NCBI RefSeq assembly: GCF_006345805.1
Contig: NC_042997.1
Span: forward strand, 196,292,001-196,356,000
Source of the DNA: Octopus sinensis
Taxonomy: Eukaryota
Reading direction: 5' to 3'
Length of the DNA stretch: 64,000 bases
A program made the translations under genes and the position numbers. The first letter of the stretch is position 1, and the number at the start of each line of letters is the position of its first letter. Below, one piece after another: positions 14,430 through 28,239 of this stretch. Below the pieces are notes generated by a model. It was not told the origin of the DNA. It searched no databases and saw only the letters and a list, made by a program, of their open reading frames with translations.

Positions 14430-14817
14430 CATTCACACTCTCTTGAAAAACGCCGCCGCCGTGGTGATGTCATTCTCGCCCACAACATCATAAGCGGGAA
14501 GTGTAACCTCTCGAAAAAGCTGTTCTTCACTCCTGCTCCGGAGCGTCGGCTGCGGGGTCATTCCGAAAAGCTCTACCTGCGACGATTTCATCTCAATCGA
14601 AGGAGAGGAGCTTTCTCCGTCCGGGTTGCGGATCCGTGGAACAAGCTGCCAGACGAGATGGTGAAGATGCCGACGACCGCTTTGTTCAAAGCCTCCCTGG
14701 ACCTCAAGTGGCCTGAACTCTTTACATGAACACCACCCTGTACTTAACTCCATGTCCCCCTACATGGCCTTGCTATTTGCTTTTGAGCCAAATTAACTAA
14801 CTAACTAACTAACTAAC
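14430..14817 (+). mobile_element. CR1/L2-like LINE 3' end with a (CTAA)n tail
   Basis: Encodes RRRRGDVI..LRGHSEKL..FSVRVADPWNKLP..FKASLD, typical of a CR1-group ORF2 C-terminus. (CTAA)n is at about 14795-14817. Confidence 0.85.
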
Positions 14818-15345
14818 GACTCGTAAGTGGCTTTCTGTTTCTGCGATTTCTAGGGACATACTCAAACGAACCCGCGCCCGCTAAAATTTACTTGCGTATG
14901 CAAAAGGTTGATACATAATGTAGCGAATATTAAAGCGTTACTCAGAAATAATCATGCAATGAGATTAAAAGAAAAAAGCAACGAAAAACCATTAAAATCA
15001 TGACTGATAAATTAATTTAATTATTTTGGCAAGTACAGAAGACGAATCCCAAAATAATTATATTTGATTAACGTTTTTTTGTTTTTTTTCTGTGGGTGAT
15101 TAGATAAAATATATTTCATCGCATTGAATGCAGAATTAAAGAGGAAACTTTATGGCGGATTATTCTAGAGAACGCAGGAAAAGAAACATTCTACACAACT
15201 ACGCATGCGACTACGCACACATACGCACATACAAACTCATTTATATCTAAACACATTTATAAGAACTTATTAATGCAAAAATTAGAACGCCTTCCGGGCC
15301 TCGTCTCTTTTTGCTGCCTTAAGCTCCACGGCTAAACGGCTAATA

Positions 15346-16245
15346 TGTATATAAATAATGCGTTTTTTTTATACTTATTTTATTTTTCAACATTAATCAC
15401 AACAAATTCTTTTTTATCTAAAGTACACTCTCCTTCATTTTTTACAATGCTCTTCCGTCTGTTTGGTAGACTTACAAGGCCCCTTTTCCAAAATTCCCTT
15501 GTTCTTGACGAAAAAATATTCCTCCTGTACTGTTCAGACCTCCTTTACAGAAATCATATTTTTTCTGTCTAAATGAATTTGAAGACTGCAGAATAAATGA
15601 TAATCAGATGGGTCAATGTCTGGCGAATATTGTGGGTGGGGCATCGTTTCCCATTCAAACTACTCCAGCCTTTGGAATGTCATCCTCGCCGTATGTGGCC
15701 AAGCATTATCCTGATGGAAGAAAACTTTTCGTCTTGAAACCAAAGACGGTCGTTTTCCGATGGCACGCAAGTGTCGATGAATGGTTGACTGACAAAATCC
15801 AAGCTTCTCTGCTAGTTCCTCAACAGTTATGATGGGATTTTGTTCCACCAGGAATTGCAGGACATCCTCGTCGAGCTCTACAGATCTTCCAGGATAAGGC
15901 TCATCTGCTAGGCTATAGTTTCCGGCTCGGAATTGCCGGAACTACCGTTGACACTGGCTTACGCTTATTGTCCGATCCCCATAAACTGCATTAATATTCC
16001 TCGCACTTTCCGTTGTGTGGTTACCTTTCTTGAACTTATGAAGCAAAATATGCTGAATATGCTGCTTTGCCATTTCCATTATAACTTTGAAAAAATAACT
16101 GTTAATATCGAACTGCAAACATCAAAACTTACACAATAAGGACAAGGTAAAATTATTACCTGCTTTATAGCAACTTGATGCAGGTAGTTCTTCCCGTCCG
16201 CCTCCAAATTTTAATTCATGCAATCGAAAAGAAACGCATATATAT
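15346..16245 (-). mobile_element. Internally deleted mariner transposon with a transposase pseudogene (ATG at 16079)
   Basis: MEMAKQHIQHILLHKFKKG..EQNPIITVEELAEKLG..IHRHLRAIGK is joined directly to RPSLVSRRKVFFHQDNAWPH..WETMPHPQYSPDIDPSDYHLF, with in-frame stops. Partial TIR remnants are ATGCGTTTT at about 15358 and AAAAGAAACGCAT at about 16227. Confidence 0.9.
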
Positions 16246-17196
16246 ATATGTAATTTTATATATATATATATAAACGAGTAATTGACAAACTGCGGACCAC
16301 GTAACGTTCTGGATGGAATATCTAACGAAAACTTACCTTTAATTTTCTATAGTTCTGCGGCCCCTCTGATGATAAACCAAGTCTCATACGGCCCGCTTCT
16401 TGCAAGAGGTCGCCCTTTCCTGATACAGATCTCACCAGGCTTGTAATCCCTTAAATGTAAGTGTTATCTCCTACAGTCACTAAATAGTAATTTCTATTAC
16501 AAACACAAACAGACGACACAAAGTCGTTTACATCCATCCTCCCCAAGAATACTAATTATTTTATAAACCCCGAGGAAACGAAAGGTAACTTTGACCTCAG
16601 CCTGATTTGAACTCACAATAAAAACATATATAATATAACGAGGCATTATATCGAACGACCTGTTGACTCTGCCGTTAAATCATATAGCAAAATATATTAG
16701 TTGTGATATGGAGGAAATATGTGACTCATATTTAGCAAGAGATTTCACATGGAAATATGAGAAAGCACTACTTCACTCTATCCGTTCACAAAGCTGATAC
16801 AATCGTCTATATCAAACAACTTCCATAATAAACCATTACATTGATGTTCATATGATAATTAATGAACGAGCAAAATTATGTTTCCTAATCGTAGAGAGCA
16901 TGAATATATGAATTATTTCACTTGCAAAAATGAATCAAACTAAGCAAAGGTATTTTATGTGTGTGTATTCATATATATATATATGGATATATATGCATAT
17001 AATTAGTATATATATATATATATATACATATAATATATTTATACTATATTTATATATGCAATATATATATATATATGGCATTTATGCAATATATATATAT
17101 ATATACATATTGCATTATGCAATATACATATATACATATTGCATATATATATAGCATAAATGTATTATATATATATATATATATGATATATTTATG

Positions 17197-17241
<45 letters not shown>

Positions 17242-18299
17242 CATATATATCTACATGTTGATATATTACAGTTTGTATATGCTTGAATGTGGGTGTGCCT
17301 GAGTGCGTGTCAATATTCAATATTAATATGTCCATTTGTATATGAGTTCTATACATGAAAAATATGTGTATGCATACCTGTGTGGGTATCGGCAGGTGAG
17401 GGTGGTGCGAAAGAGAAAGATAGGAGAGTGGCAGACGAACAAACAGATTTTATGAGACAACATTTTAGCTTCTCGTTTTGAAGTTGTTTCGTTAATGCGT
17501 CGTTTGTAAAATGGCTTTGAAGAATAAACAGGTTGCCCTATTGAATATTGTTTCGAAATGTTACCGCTGTCTTGTTAGCCGTAATATTTTCAGTTGCATC
17601 ATGTGTTTCAGAAATGAGATCGTCTGCCATTTTTCTTCTTCAAAGAATTCATGCATCGAACTTTAAATTAGTCAAAGTCCTACCAAATATTCACCAATTT
17701 AATGCCACGTTCTACATAGAATACCAGTCTTGGATGTACTCTGTCTGCGTTCTTGGAACTGAAATATTATTACGTCTTGAGTGATGTATAGTGTTACAGT
17801 CGGTGAGATAATTCTATGCACCACTGCACAAAGATAAATTACATTTATTTTACTGGACAGCTGCTATTCTCTACAACTTCCTAACATTGTTTTCTTAACG
17901 TTGTTATTATTTAACTGTCTACAAAGCAGTCTGTGAAATATATACCATAGACATGACTAATTTATCAAATGACATTGGAAACAATAGACATAAAAGTATG
18001 GATTGAAATGCGTAGATTCGGGATCAATCCTAGATTTAGTCACTTTTATTAACAAAACTTATTCACGTATGGCTATTTATTTGATTTATATCCAGCACAT
18101 GCTACGCAGCTTGTGGCATGAAAAGTATAAATATACAATAAATTTTAATTCAGGATATATTCATGTAATTGTTATTCAAGCCTACGCAAAGTGGCGAGCC
18201 GGCAGAATCATTATCGTCTTGAACAATATACCTAGAGGCATTTTCCTGGTTAATTACGTTCTGAGTTCAAATTCCGCTCATGTCGACTTCGTCAACAGG

Positions 18300-18565
18300 C
18301 GCTACTCTATATCAAATTATCCCAAAACAAATAAAGACGAAAGCGATTCCATCACCTTCAAGCGAAACCTGGACAAATTTCTTCAAGAGATACCAGATAA
18401 GCCCGCTGTACCTGGATACACCTCAGTCACCAACAACTCCCTACATGAATGGGCCATGATAACACATAAATTGACTTTTACAATAACTTAACAGATCCTA
18501 ACAGATATTGAGTTAGATATGGCCTAGACTAATCTTTGGCCGAGATATATCTGAGTTAACTGAAT
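18300..18565 (+). mobile_element. LINE 3' end, second CR1/Jockey-group family
   Basis: Encodes FKRNLDKFLQEIPDKPAVPGYTSVTNNSL. Its 3' UTR matches 36905-37122 on the minus strand. Confidence 0.7.
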
Positions 18566-19111
18566 TACCAATGTTGTACTTATGATCTTTCCTCAATGAT
18601 ATATATTAATGTTATATTAACGCTGAAGAAACGAAGAAAGTCGAAAAACAGGAGTTAAATTTAACCAACAAATCCAGCCTAATATCTTGTAAAAATGAAA
18701 AACTAATAATATGATTCTAGATCAACGATGCTTTTAAAAAAAATTGGATCGCGAATATTTGAATGCATTTTATCATAAGTTTGTTCAATGAGAGTGGTCC
18801 CAGCATTAAACATGAACAACAACTAGATGCAGAGTAAAAAATTTGGCTAAATGAAAAAAAATATATATATACATTCGCTTAACGACCGAGACAAGTTGAA
18901 CTATCACAAATATCTTACACATACAGACAATCACACAGAGATACACATACTCATATACCTACACTTCCATAAAACCACGTATATACACATTCATCTCTTT
19001 CTCTCTCTCATTTTCTACATACATACAGATATATACATATACTCACATACATATACACCCACATATATATATATATATACCTACAGTCAAGCATACACAC
19101 ACACATATATA

Positions 19112-19150
<39 letters not shown>

Positions 19151-19163
19151 TATACTATATATA

Positions 19164-19226
<63 letters not shown>

Positions 19227-19239
19227 CACACACATATAG

Positions 19240-19516
19240 TCTCTTTTACTTGTTTCAGTCATTTGACTGCGGCTATGCTGGAGCACCGCCTTTAGTAGAG
19301 CAAATCGACCCCAGGACTTATTCTTTGTAAGCCTAGTATTTATTCTATCGGTCTCTTTTGCCGAACCGCCAAGTTACAGGGACGTAAATATACCACCATC
19401 TGTCGTCAAGCGATGTTAGGGGGAACAAACACAGACACACAGACACACTCACACACACACACACACACACACTCACACACACAAGCACACACACGCGCAC
19501 ACACACACACACACAT

Positions 19517-19569
<53 letters not shown>

Positions 19570-19735
19570 TATACGGGCTTCTTTCAGTTTCCGTCTACGA
19601 AATTCACTTACAAGGCTTTGGTCGGCCCGAGGCTATAGCAGAAGACACTTGCCCAAGGTGCTATGCAGTGGGACTGAACCCGGAACCATGTGGTTAGCAA
19701 GCAAGCTACTTACCACACAGCCACTCTTAATATAT
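19240..19735 (-). mobile_element. SINE type 2 with an expanded internal (CA)/(TA) microsatellite
   Basis: Aligns with 13938-14312. Confidence 0.85.
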
Positions 19736-19904
19736 ACATACATATCTACTTATATATGTAAATATATACAACTATCAGTGACAATGTATATCAATGAAAG
19801 TTCTAACAATATTGTAATGTATACGTCAATTTTGACAATGATTGCTTGAGTATATCACAGTTGGTGAAAGAATACAGTTCTCAAAATCTTATCTTCCGTA
19901 TATA

Positions 19905-19955
<51 letters not shown>

Positions 19956-20197
19956 CTTTTTTGTTTGTTTGTTTTTTACAAATACACTGTCAAATATGCA
20001 CTTAAATATCGACAAGCACTACAGCTTGTTATCAGACTTGGAAAACTCTGCATTCTTAAGTGATATTACACAATCTGTTTTATGAAGATATGCCAACTGC
20101 GAAAGCATGCTTGATTTCAATTATTGAGATTTTTTCCTCATAGGTCATCGAAGTCCTTAAATAATATAATTCTGTTACCACATAAGTAAGATATATA

Positions 20198-21090
20198 CAA
20201 AGTGTTCGGGAGAATTTTGACATTTTGTGACTCCTTCTTTTTTTTTTCAGGATCAGCTTGGTGTATTAGTGAAGAGAGTTGGAGAGTATAAAGAGAGAAA
20301 TTGTAGTGAAAATTTGTTAGCTGACATAGAGGATCGGAAGCCATCTGAATATTGGAAAAAATGGAATCTTGATGATTCGCGCCGGGTATCAAAATACCGA
20401 CACCATGGCATCTGCTCAATGTTCTGTGAACACTGTAAAGGCTGCAAGACGCTGCATGGACATCATGAAAACCAATTTCCTCCAAATCGTGATGATCAGT
20501 CGGTGTGCCTTCTGTGGGGGTGAAATCATGCCACCCTACATCTTTGAAGAGGGTGTTTGGCTCAGTTCAGACGGCTATGTGAAGCTGCTGGAAAATGTGA
20601 TCAAAATCTAGTTAGAGATGATTTTGATCTCCAACTACATTTTGCTGCTAGAAGCCCTTATATTTGGCAGCAGAATTTGGCCCCTCGCCATGCCTCAGGA
20701 AAGAATCAGAAGTGGTTGACGAAGAATTTCTACGACTTCACCAGCGCTAATCTCTGGTCTCCTAATTACCTTAATTTTAATTTTAGAAATTACTATGTTT
20801 GCAGCACGGTTGGGAAAGAAACCCTCTGCTCTGCCTGCAACACCAAGGCCGAGCTGGTGACCAACATCAAGGTGTTCGATGTTTTTTCAGGGACACAGAG
20901 GGATACATGCGTCAAGTTCCGGAACATTTTTCATGCTACGGTGGGAGCTCAAGGCGGCTACTTTGAGTTTGCAATTTTTCCAGTCATAATCTAGTTGATA
21001 TATTTTTGATTTTTTTTAAATACTTGCATTTTTTTTATTATGTTTTTAATTTTTATTATCCAAACTGTCAAATTTAGTCAGAACACCTTG
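20198..21090 (+). mobile_element. Tc1/mariner DD37D (maT-type) element, decayed, with TIRs of about 30 bp and TA flanks
   Basis: The left end TA|CAAAGTGTTCGGGAGAATTTTGACATTTTG matches the right end (reverse complement) TA|CAAGGTGTTCTGACTAAATTTGACAGTTTG. The transposase remnant reads IMPPYIFEEG..WQQNLAPRH..WSPNYLNFNFRNYYV..GGYFE, with 37 residues between the second and third catalytic positions. Confidence 0.85.
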
Positions 21091-21759
21091 TATATATATA
21101 GTGATTATGTCAACAGATAAGCATACACTGACACTCCCAATGTGAACATATGTTCTTTACTTCACATATTGTGGTTTGTCAATTAGATTTTTTTACGTTG
21201 GCGATTTTTCTACTTTTACATCTACATGTTACAAGAAGAGTTGCTAAATGCCGTATTTGTTGGGATATAAGAGGCCCTTTCTTTTTTCCCCAAAATGTGT
21301 TTTTATATAAAATCACCTCGAGTTTTATAAAAGACACGAAATATTTCAACAATATTTTTATAGAATTCCAAATAATATTTGATTATATGATTATAATGGG
21401 ATTTTTTTAACAAATGATTATGAGGGTCTACCCGAGTAAAAGTAGCTAAAAGTAGCCCTTTGCTGAGAAATGGTTGAGAAACGTCACTTTAAATCTTTAA
21501 ATGAATGAAAGATAAATTTTGCTGTGTATGTATCCATTCGATTTTTGTTACCCTTGTCGTCTTTACTATTTTGAAATCACAAAGTGGACTTTTACGTTGA
21601 AAGAATTCATACTGTAACTGGAAGTGTCCTCCATATTAATATATAAAATGAATGTATGTATTTCTAGTTGTAGGCCGCAGCAATCTAAAATTTTACATAC
21701 AGTCATATATTTTGATGACAAGAGTCATGAGCAATGACACTTTCTGGGACTCATTGAAG

Positions 21760-22216
21760 CAGTGGTTCTCAACCATTTTAATATCCAGTTCAAATCCAAA
21801 ACCTTGATTTTTTCAGGTAACAGCAACAAAAAAGGTAAAAGACAAGTCAATTAATGAAAAATGAATGTCTTTTTTTGAAGTTTCAGCTCAGAGCAGCGGC
21901 CATGCTGATGCACCGCCGTTTTGCACTACACTGTTATTACCAGGAGCCTCCTCTAATATGTGGCACTTGATGAAGAATGGAGTTTGATATAGCTACCCTC
22001 ATTTGCACCTCTTGCCGTGAGGTAGGCTCATCTGGGACTCTCGAAAGGAAGAGGTACAGCTTTGATTTAAAAGACCCTACATTTACTTTATATATCTATC
22101 ACTATAATATAATTAATAATATATTAATTATATTGTAGTGGGAAAACTGTCAGTGATCGCCGGGAGGATACTTGAAGGCTGCATGCGGCCCTGAAAGCTG
22201 CGGTTGAGAATTGCTG
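21760..22216. mobile_element. Possible hAT-derived non-autonomous element
   Basis: Ends are CAGTGGTTCTCAACC and GGTTGAGAATTGCTG, with subterminal GCATGCGGCCC. The 8-bp flanks CATTGAAG and CTTTAAAG match at 6 of 8 positions. Confidence 0.5.
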
Positions 22217-23189
22217 CTTTAAAGCCTCGAAAGGTCGTGTTCTATTGTTCGTAAACCATGCGATCATAGCTATCAAACTCAAATCACTACGTTGAAGTTT
22301 TGAGAAAGAGACAGACAGGCAGGCAGACAAACAGAGAGAAACAAGTGTAAGTGTTTGATTGTTAGTGTGTGTTTGTGTGCGTGTATGTTTATGTGTGTGT
22401 GTGTGCGCGCGCTTGTGGTGAAGGAAGAGAAATGTTTAGAAATGAAGTGAAGAATTCGAGACAGATTTTGATAAGACGAAATGAAGATTCTTTTTTCTTA
22501 ATTACATAACAAGATTCTAAGATTATTAACGTCCGTGTAATTAAATATTTTCTATTATTGGCACAAGCCTGAAATTTTGAAAGAGAGATATACTGATATT
22601 TATTTTATCGATCTCGCCTTTACGTTACTAAATAATAAAAAACTGTAACATCTCTACAAACACATATTAGATCTGATTATTAAGAATTTCTACAAATGAA
22701 ATTTCGTTAGTGACTTAGTAATAATTAACTTAACTGACTGAAATATCAAATACTTCATCAAATGTTTAATCATCTGTTTAGTTATAATTAGCTACTCCTT
22801 GGTATAATTTTTTATGATATACGCATACGGCGTCATATTTGCGGAAGGTTATTTTAATTTTTTAATGACCTCAGTTTGTGACTATTACATTATTCGTTCG
22901 ATCTTGGAGAATAGAAATAAAGGCTTTCATGCATTATGATCTGAATTCAAATCGTGCAGAGATTTAACACCGTTTGTCCAATACAATACCAAACTCTGTC
23001 AATGCACCATTAACTGTCCTCTGGAGTATTAATTCTTTTATATTTATAAGTCCCATTCATAAATCATCACTTAGTCTCTTGAAGATACCAACTTCGTTAA
23101 GTGAGGTAGTTAGCAGAATCAGTTACGCAACAAGCCATATATGGAATAGCTACCAGAGGAAAACACTCGCAAATCCTACACAGGCCCAT

Positions 23190-23875
23190 ATGGACTGGTC
23201 GAAAGAGACAACCCGAATGCGCCTACTATGATAGGAATTGTTTCTGTTTTTAGATTCCACATTCTGGTTACCTCTATTTCCAGGTCTTTGTATTTTGAAA
23301 GTTTCTCCATTTCTTTTAGAGACATGCTGTCATCTGCTGGTATTAATACATCAATTAGAAAGCATTTTCTTTTTTTTTTCATATCCTCTGATAACTATAT
23401 CTGGCCTATTGGCCTCAATTTGTCTATCTGTGTGTATTGGCATATCCCAGAGTATTGTTGCTTTCTCGTTTTCTGTGACCTTTTCTGGTGTGTGCCTATA
23501 CCATCTTTTTTCTGTTGTTATTCCATAATCTTGGCATATCTTCCAGTGTATGTAGGTCCCAACTCTCTCGTGTCTGTGAATATATTCCTTTTTAGCCAGG
23601 ACTGGGCAGCCAGAGATATGATTTATTGTTTCTTGTCCATCTCCACATATTCTGCAGTTACTTGTTACGTTTCTTTTCATTATATGTTTTTGGTAATTTC
23701 TAGTTGGGAGGCTTTGGTCTTGTGCTGCAATTAAAAATCCCTCTGTTTCTGCTTTGAGTCCTGAGATTCTCAACCATTGCTGGGATTTTTCTTTGTCTAT
23801 TTCTTTTGCATTTAATTTAGTCCAGTATTTGCCATAAAGGGCTTTTCTTGCCATTGTTTTATCATGGTCTGTTGC
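23190..23875 (-). mobile_element. R4/Dong-clade LINE fragment with a CCHC knuckle and restriction-like endonuclease
   Basis: WLRISGLKAETEGFLIAAQDQSL..CRICGDGQETINHISGC..NRPDIVI, then after a frameshift CFLIDVLIP..KLSKYKDLEIE..IPIIVGAFG. Confidence 0.9.
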
Positions 23876-23926
23876 TGTTCTAGTTTTGGTTTGAATTTCA
23901 TTTATTTTATAGATTTTGTTGTTTCT

Positions 23927-24027
23927 CTTCTTCTTCTTCTTCTTCTTCTTCTTCTTCTTCTTCTTCTTCTTCTTCTTCTTCTTCTTCTTCTTCTTCTTCT
24001 TCTTCTTCTTCTTCTTCTTCTTCTTCT
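23927..24027. repeat. (TTC)n microsatellite
   Basis: Read directly. Confidence 0.95.
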
Positions 24028-24077
24028 CTTCATTTTTGTTAGGTGGTATGATTTCTTGTTTGTATTTGTCAGGTTTA

Positions 24078-25965
24078 ATATTATTATTATTGCCTTTGCA
24101 CAGCTTCTAATGGTTGAGATTACTACCGTGTCAGCTGTTCACTACCAGTGAACTAAGGTAACACCTGTTATTTTTCGAGCACCTTCCGGAATAATCGAGC
24201 GGTTCCAAGCAGTGCCGTTTTCTGCAAGTGCTCCCCCCTTATTGCAGCCCCTATTTTTACCTGTATCTCTCAACATTTTTACTCACTGTTCCCAGGGCTC
24301 CGACAATTATTGGTACTACTGCTACCTTTTACATCGACCAGAACTGCTTAACTTCCCAAGCTAATCTGTCATATCTCTCGACTTTTCTTTCTTCCCTATC
24401 GCATACCTTGTTGTCAGCTGCGCATGCTGTATCTATGATCCAGCATAATTTGTTTTATTTCTTAATTAAGAAACCTTCAGGTTTGTGGTCGTACCAATTT
24501 TTTGCTCTGCTAAGTCAATACTTGTTGCAAAGTGTCCAATTGACAAGCCTGGTCATATTGTCGTGGCGTCTCTTATATTCCTTCTGGGTTAGTGGCGTAC
24601 ATTGGCTGGTAATATGCCATACGGTTTCACAGTTTTGTCCACAGATTCCGGACTTATTACTTTCTGATGTGTTGTCTATTCTGTATTTTATGTAGTTTGT
24701 TCTTATTGCTTGCTCTTGGGCTGTACAGATTAGAGCCCCCGTTTCCGGTTTTAAATTTGTCTTATCTTCAACATCCCTATGAAATTGACCATTTTCAGTT
24801 TCATTCGTTTTCAATTTCTTGTATAGAGCATTATCTTTGCTATCTTTCATCCTACGCAAGCCTGACCTTCTTACTTCCAATAAAAGCGGTTCTGTGGCAT
24901 TTTTTACATACCTTGCTATGTTGTTTTCTTCAGCTCTAATGCTGTGTTCACATTCAATAAGTCATCTTCCCTCTCTTTTTCTAGGTATATACAGTCTGTC
25001 TGTGACACTTTTTGAGTAGAGTGACACATATCTAGTTAGCAGTGGAGGCGCAATGGCCCAGTGGTTAGGGCAACAGACTCGCGGTCGGAGGATCGCGGTT
25101 TCTATTCCCAGACCGGGCATTGTGAGTGTTTATTGAGCGAAAACACCTAAAGCTCCACGAGGCTCCGACAGGGGTGGTGGTGAACCCTGCTGTACTCTTT
25201 CACCACAACTTTCTCTCGCTCTTTCTTCCTGTTTCTCTTGTACCTGTATTTCAAAGGGCCAGCTTTGTCACATTCTGTGTGTCACGCTGAATCTCCTCGA
25301 GAACTACGTTAAGGGTACACGTGTCTGTGGAGTGCTCAACCACTTGCACGTTAATATCACGAGCAAGCTGTTCCGTTGATCGTATCAGCTGGGACCCTCA
25401 TCGTCGCAACCGACGGAGTGCTCCTATATCTAGTTAGCAACTTCCTTGTTTTTCTGTCTAAGCTGTTTCGTTCGTCTACTGTCCATACGAGTACCCCTGC
25501 TCCATATCTAAGCAGTGAAACCGCCCAGGTGTTGATAGCTTCGACCTTATTCCGTTCATTTAATTTCGACTTTACGATCAGTCTTAGTCTGTGCAAGTAT
25601 TCCACCTTAAATTCTTCTGTCCTTTCTTTCTCCATCAATTTATCCATTTCCAAAATCCCCAAGTACTTATAACCCGTATCTTCTATCTACTTTATAACCT
25701 CCCCCTGACGGTATCGTTAGTCCGTACATACATTTGATTTTGCCTCTTTTCAATACTAGTACACCACACTTTCTCAGTCCGGATTCCATTCTGATATCAG
25801 CACTGAAGGTATACACCGTATCGACGAGGGAACTGACTTGGGCTTCATCTTTACCATAAAGTTTGAGGTCAACGATTGACTTTTTGTTGGCGGCTTTTGA
25901 ATACATACCCAGCTTTTGCTTTCCTCAGAATCAGTGTCAGTGGTATCAAGCGCAGCGTTATTATT
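24078..25965 (-). mobile_element. 5'-truncated, decayed R4/Dong-clade LINE (RT C-terminal half to 3' end) flanked by TAA-type repeats
   Basis: LIPLTLILRKAKAGY..KVN then DLKLYG with the catalytic motif partly deleted, NKVEAINTWAVSLLRYGAG, LICTAQEQAIRTNY..ETVWHITSQC, and the C-terminus LQKTALLGTARLFRKVLEK*. A short (TAA)n tail lies at about 24078-24090. Confidence 0.9.
25041..25425 (+). mobile_element. tRNA-derived SINE (head type 1, tail b) inserted in the LINE with a 13-bp target-site duplication
   Basis: ATATCTAGTTAGC occurs at 25028-25040 and 25426-25438. A and B boxes are present in the head. Confidence 0.92.
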
Positions 25966-26166
25966 GTTGTTGTTGTTACTGTTATGTAATCGAAAATATC
26001 CCCTTCTCCAAAATTGTTGGCCTTGTGCCAAAATTTGAAACCGTTGTAAGGTTGACTTTGCCTTTCATCCTTTCGGAGATCGATGAAAACAGTTACGCAC
26101 TGGGGGTCGATGTAATTGACTTCGCCTCCCGCAATATTTCTGGATTTTTGCCTATAACAGAAAGGA

Positions 26167-26178
26167 TTATTGTTATTA

Positions 26179-26240
<62 letters not shown>

Positions 26241-26262
26241 TTCATTATTATTACTATTATTA

Positions 26263-26318
<56 letters not shown>

Positions 26319-26407
26319 CGATATTATTATTATTATTGTTATTATTATTATTATTATCATTATTATTATTATTATTTTCATTATTATTATCATTATTATT
26401 ATTATTA

Positions 26408-26453
<46 letters not shown>

Positions 26454-26676
26454 CATTATTATTACTATTATTATTATTATCATTATTATTAATATTATTA
26501 TTATTATTATTACTATCATTATTATTATTATCATCATTATTATTATTATTATCATTATAATATTATTATTATTATTACTATTATTATTATTATCATTATT
26601 ATTATTATTATTATTATCTCCATTATTATTATTATTATTATTATTTTCATTATTATTACTATATTATTATTATCTC

Positions 26677-26707
<31 letters not shown>

Positions 26708-26765
26708 TTCATTATTATTTTCATTATTATTACTATTATTATTATTATCATTATCATTATTATTA

Positions 26766-26817
<52 letters not shown>

Positions 26818-26850
26818 CATTATTATTATTATTATTATTATCATCATCAC
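26167..26850. repeat. Imperfect (ATT)n tract of about 680 bp
   Basis: Read directly. It is the source of the poly-I/L/Y ORFs in the track. Confidence 0.95.
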
Positions 26851-28239
26851 CAATAATATTTCGATGAACTTTGATCCATTTCTCCCATTTGTTATATATT
26901 CCTTTAATGATAGTATCAAGCTCGTTTAATTCCCATTAAAGCCGTACTAAGTCTAGCAACAATAAAACAAAAACAAAAACAATGAAGCGTGCTGCTGACA
27001 TCACACCAAAACAAAAAACAAAACACCTAAAATATAGAAAATCTCTATTCGCAAATTTGAATTCATTATCCTTGAGTTTTAAGTTAATATCTCTTTTTAT
27101 TTGTTTGTTATCATTATCGTTTGCTCTAAATGCTTCTAAGCTACTGCAAAAGTAATTAATTTCTTTTTTTTTTTCTTCTTTTCTAATTTCTTTTTATAGC
27201 CTGACTATAAACCCTCTTACTTCTTCTTTCACCTGTAGTTAGATTTAATATTTTCGGGTTGTTTTTCTTTTCTTTGATTCCAATGTTGGATGGGATTTTA
27301 AATGCAGCTTCAAAATTTGCATTAGGTTTCATGAGAGATTCCAAAGATTGAAAATTAAATCATTATACTGGAAAATACTTGGTGTAAAAGGTTCTTTTAT
27401 GATGATAGCAATTTTATAATCCTTTATAGTTGTCAAAACGTATCTTCCCTGAACCTCTAAAACCGATATACTATAAAATGTGATCTACCTTATCCCTAGC
27501 ATTTATAAAACTAGCAGAAATCTGATGGATTTTTGCGTGAATATGAATATTATATACTTCTTCCTTTCATTTATTCATTTGTTTCCGCTAGGTTTGCTTA
27601 CATCTGATATAATATATAATAAACGTATCCATATTAAAATATAAATAACATCTCTATAGCTATAATGATAACTCGCATTTCTATCTCTTCACTTATATAT
27701 CCACAAAGGATGATAAAACGATAGATATTTCGAGAATTCCTGATGGGATTATACACCCTGTGCTTAACTACGCATTCAATAATAATACGCACATAGGCGA
27801 TAACTCCCTCTGTGGAGAGGACTTTCATATAAAATAGGTTGGAGACAAGACCAGATATTGTAAAGAATAGTATTTAGTCGATATAATCAACACCACTCTT
27901 TGGTTGGTACTTTATTCTATTAACCACGGTAAGACGAAATGTAAAGTTATACTCAGAACATAGATAATTCCGACTAAATACTGCAAAATCTTTTTATTAA
28001 ATGTCGTTTTGGGATTTGGTTTGCAAGATTCTTTATATGAGTTCGTGTATTGAAGCATATTCTGTTGTGTCTGGGGAGAGTCGTTTTCCTTTTGTGCCTT
28101 ATAATTTAATATACTCACCGGTAAAATTTCCACTTATTTCTTATTTTTATTTTCCTAAAATTTTCGTTGCGTCTTGCAACCATTTCAATAGTCTTGACAC
28201 TTTTAACGATAGATCGTCATAAAAAATCCTCCAGCCTAC

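Noticed and set aside
16365-16400. Isolated CTGATGA heptamers here and at about 32842, 40320 and 43405
   Set aside because: There is no downstream GAAA with paired helices, and such heptamers are expected by chance.
17525-17630. Short minus-strand ORF MADDLISETHDATENITANKTAVTFRNNIQ as a possible first exon
   Set aside because: It is only 30 codons with a weak donor and no recognisable homology.
25041-25112. tRNA gene
   Set aside because: The A and B boxes continue into a SINE body with a target-site duplication, and no complete cloverleaf is evident. The same applies to the other SINE heads.
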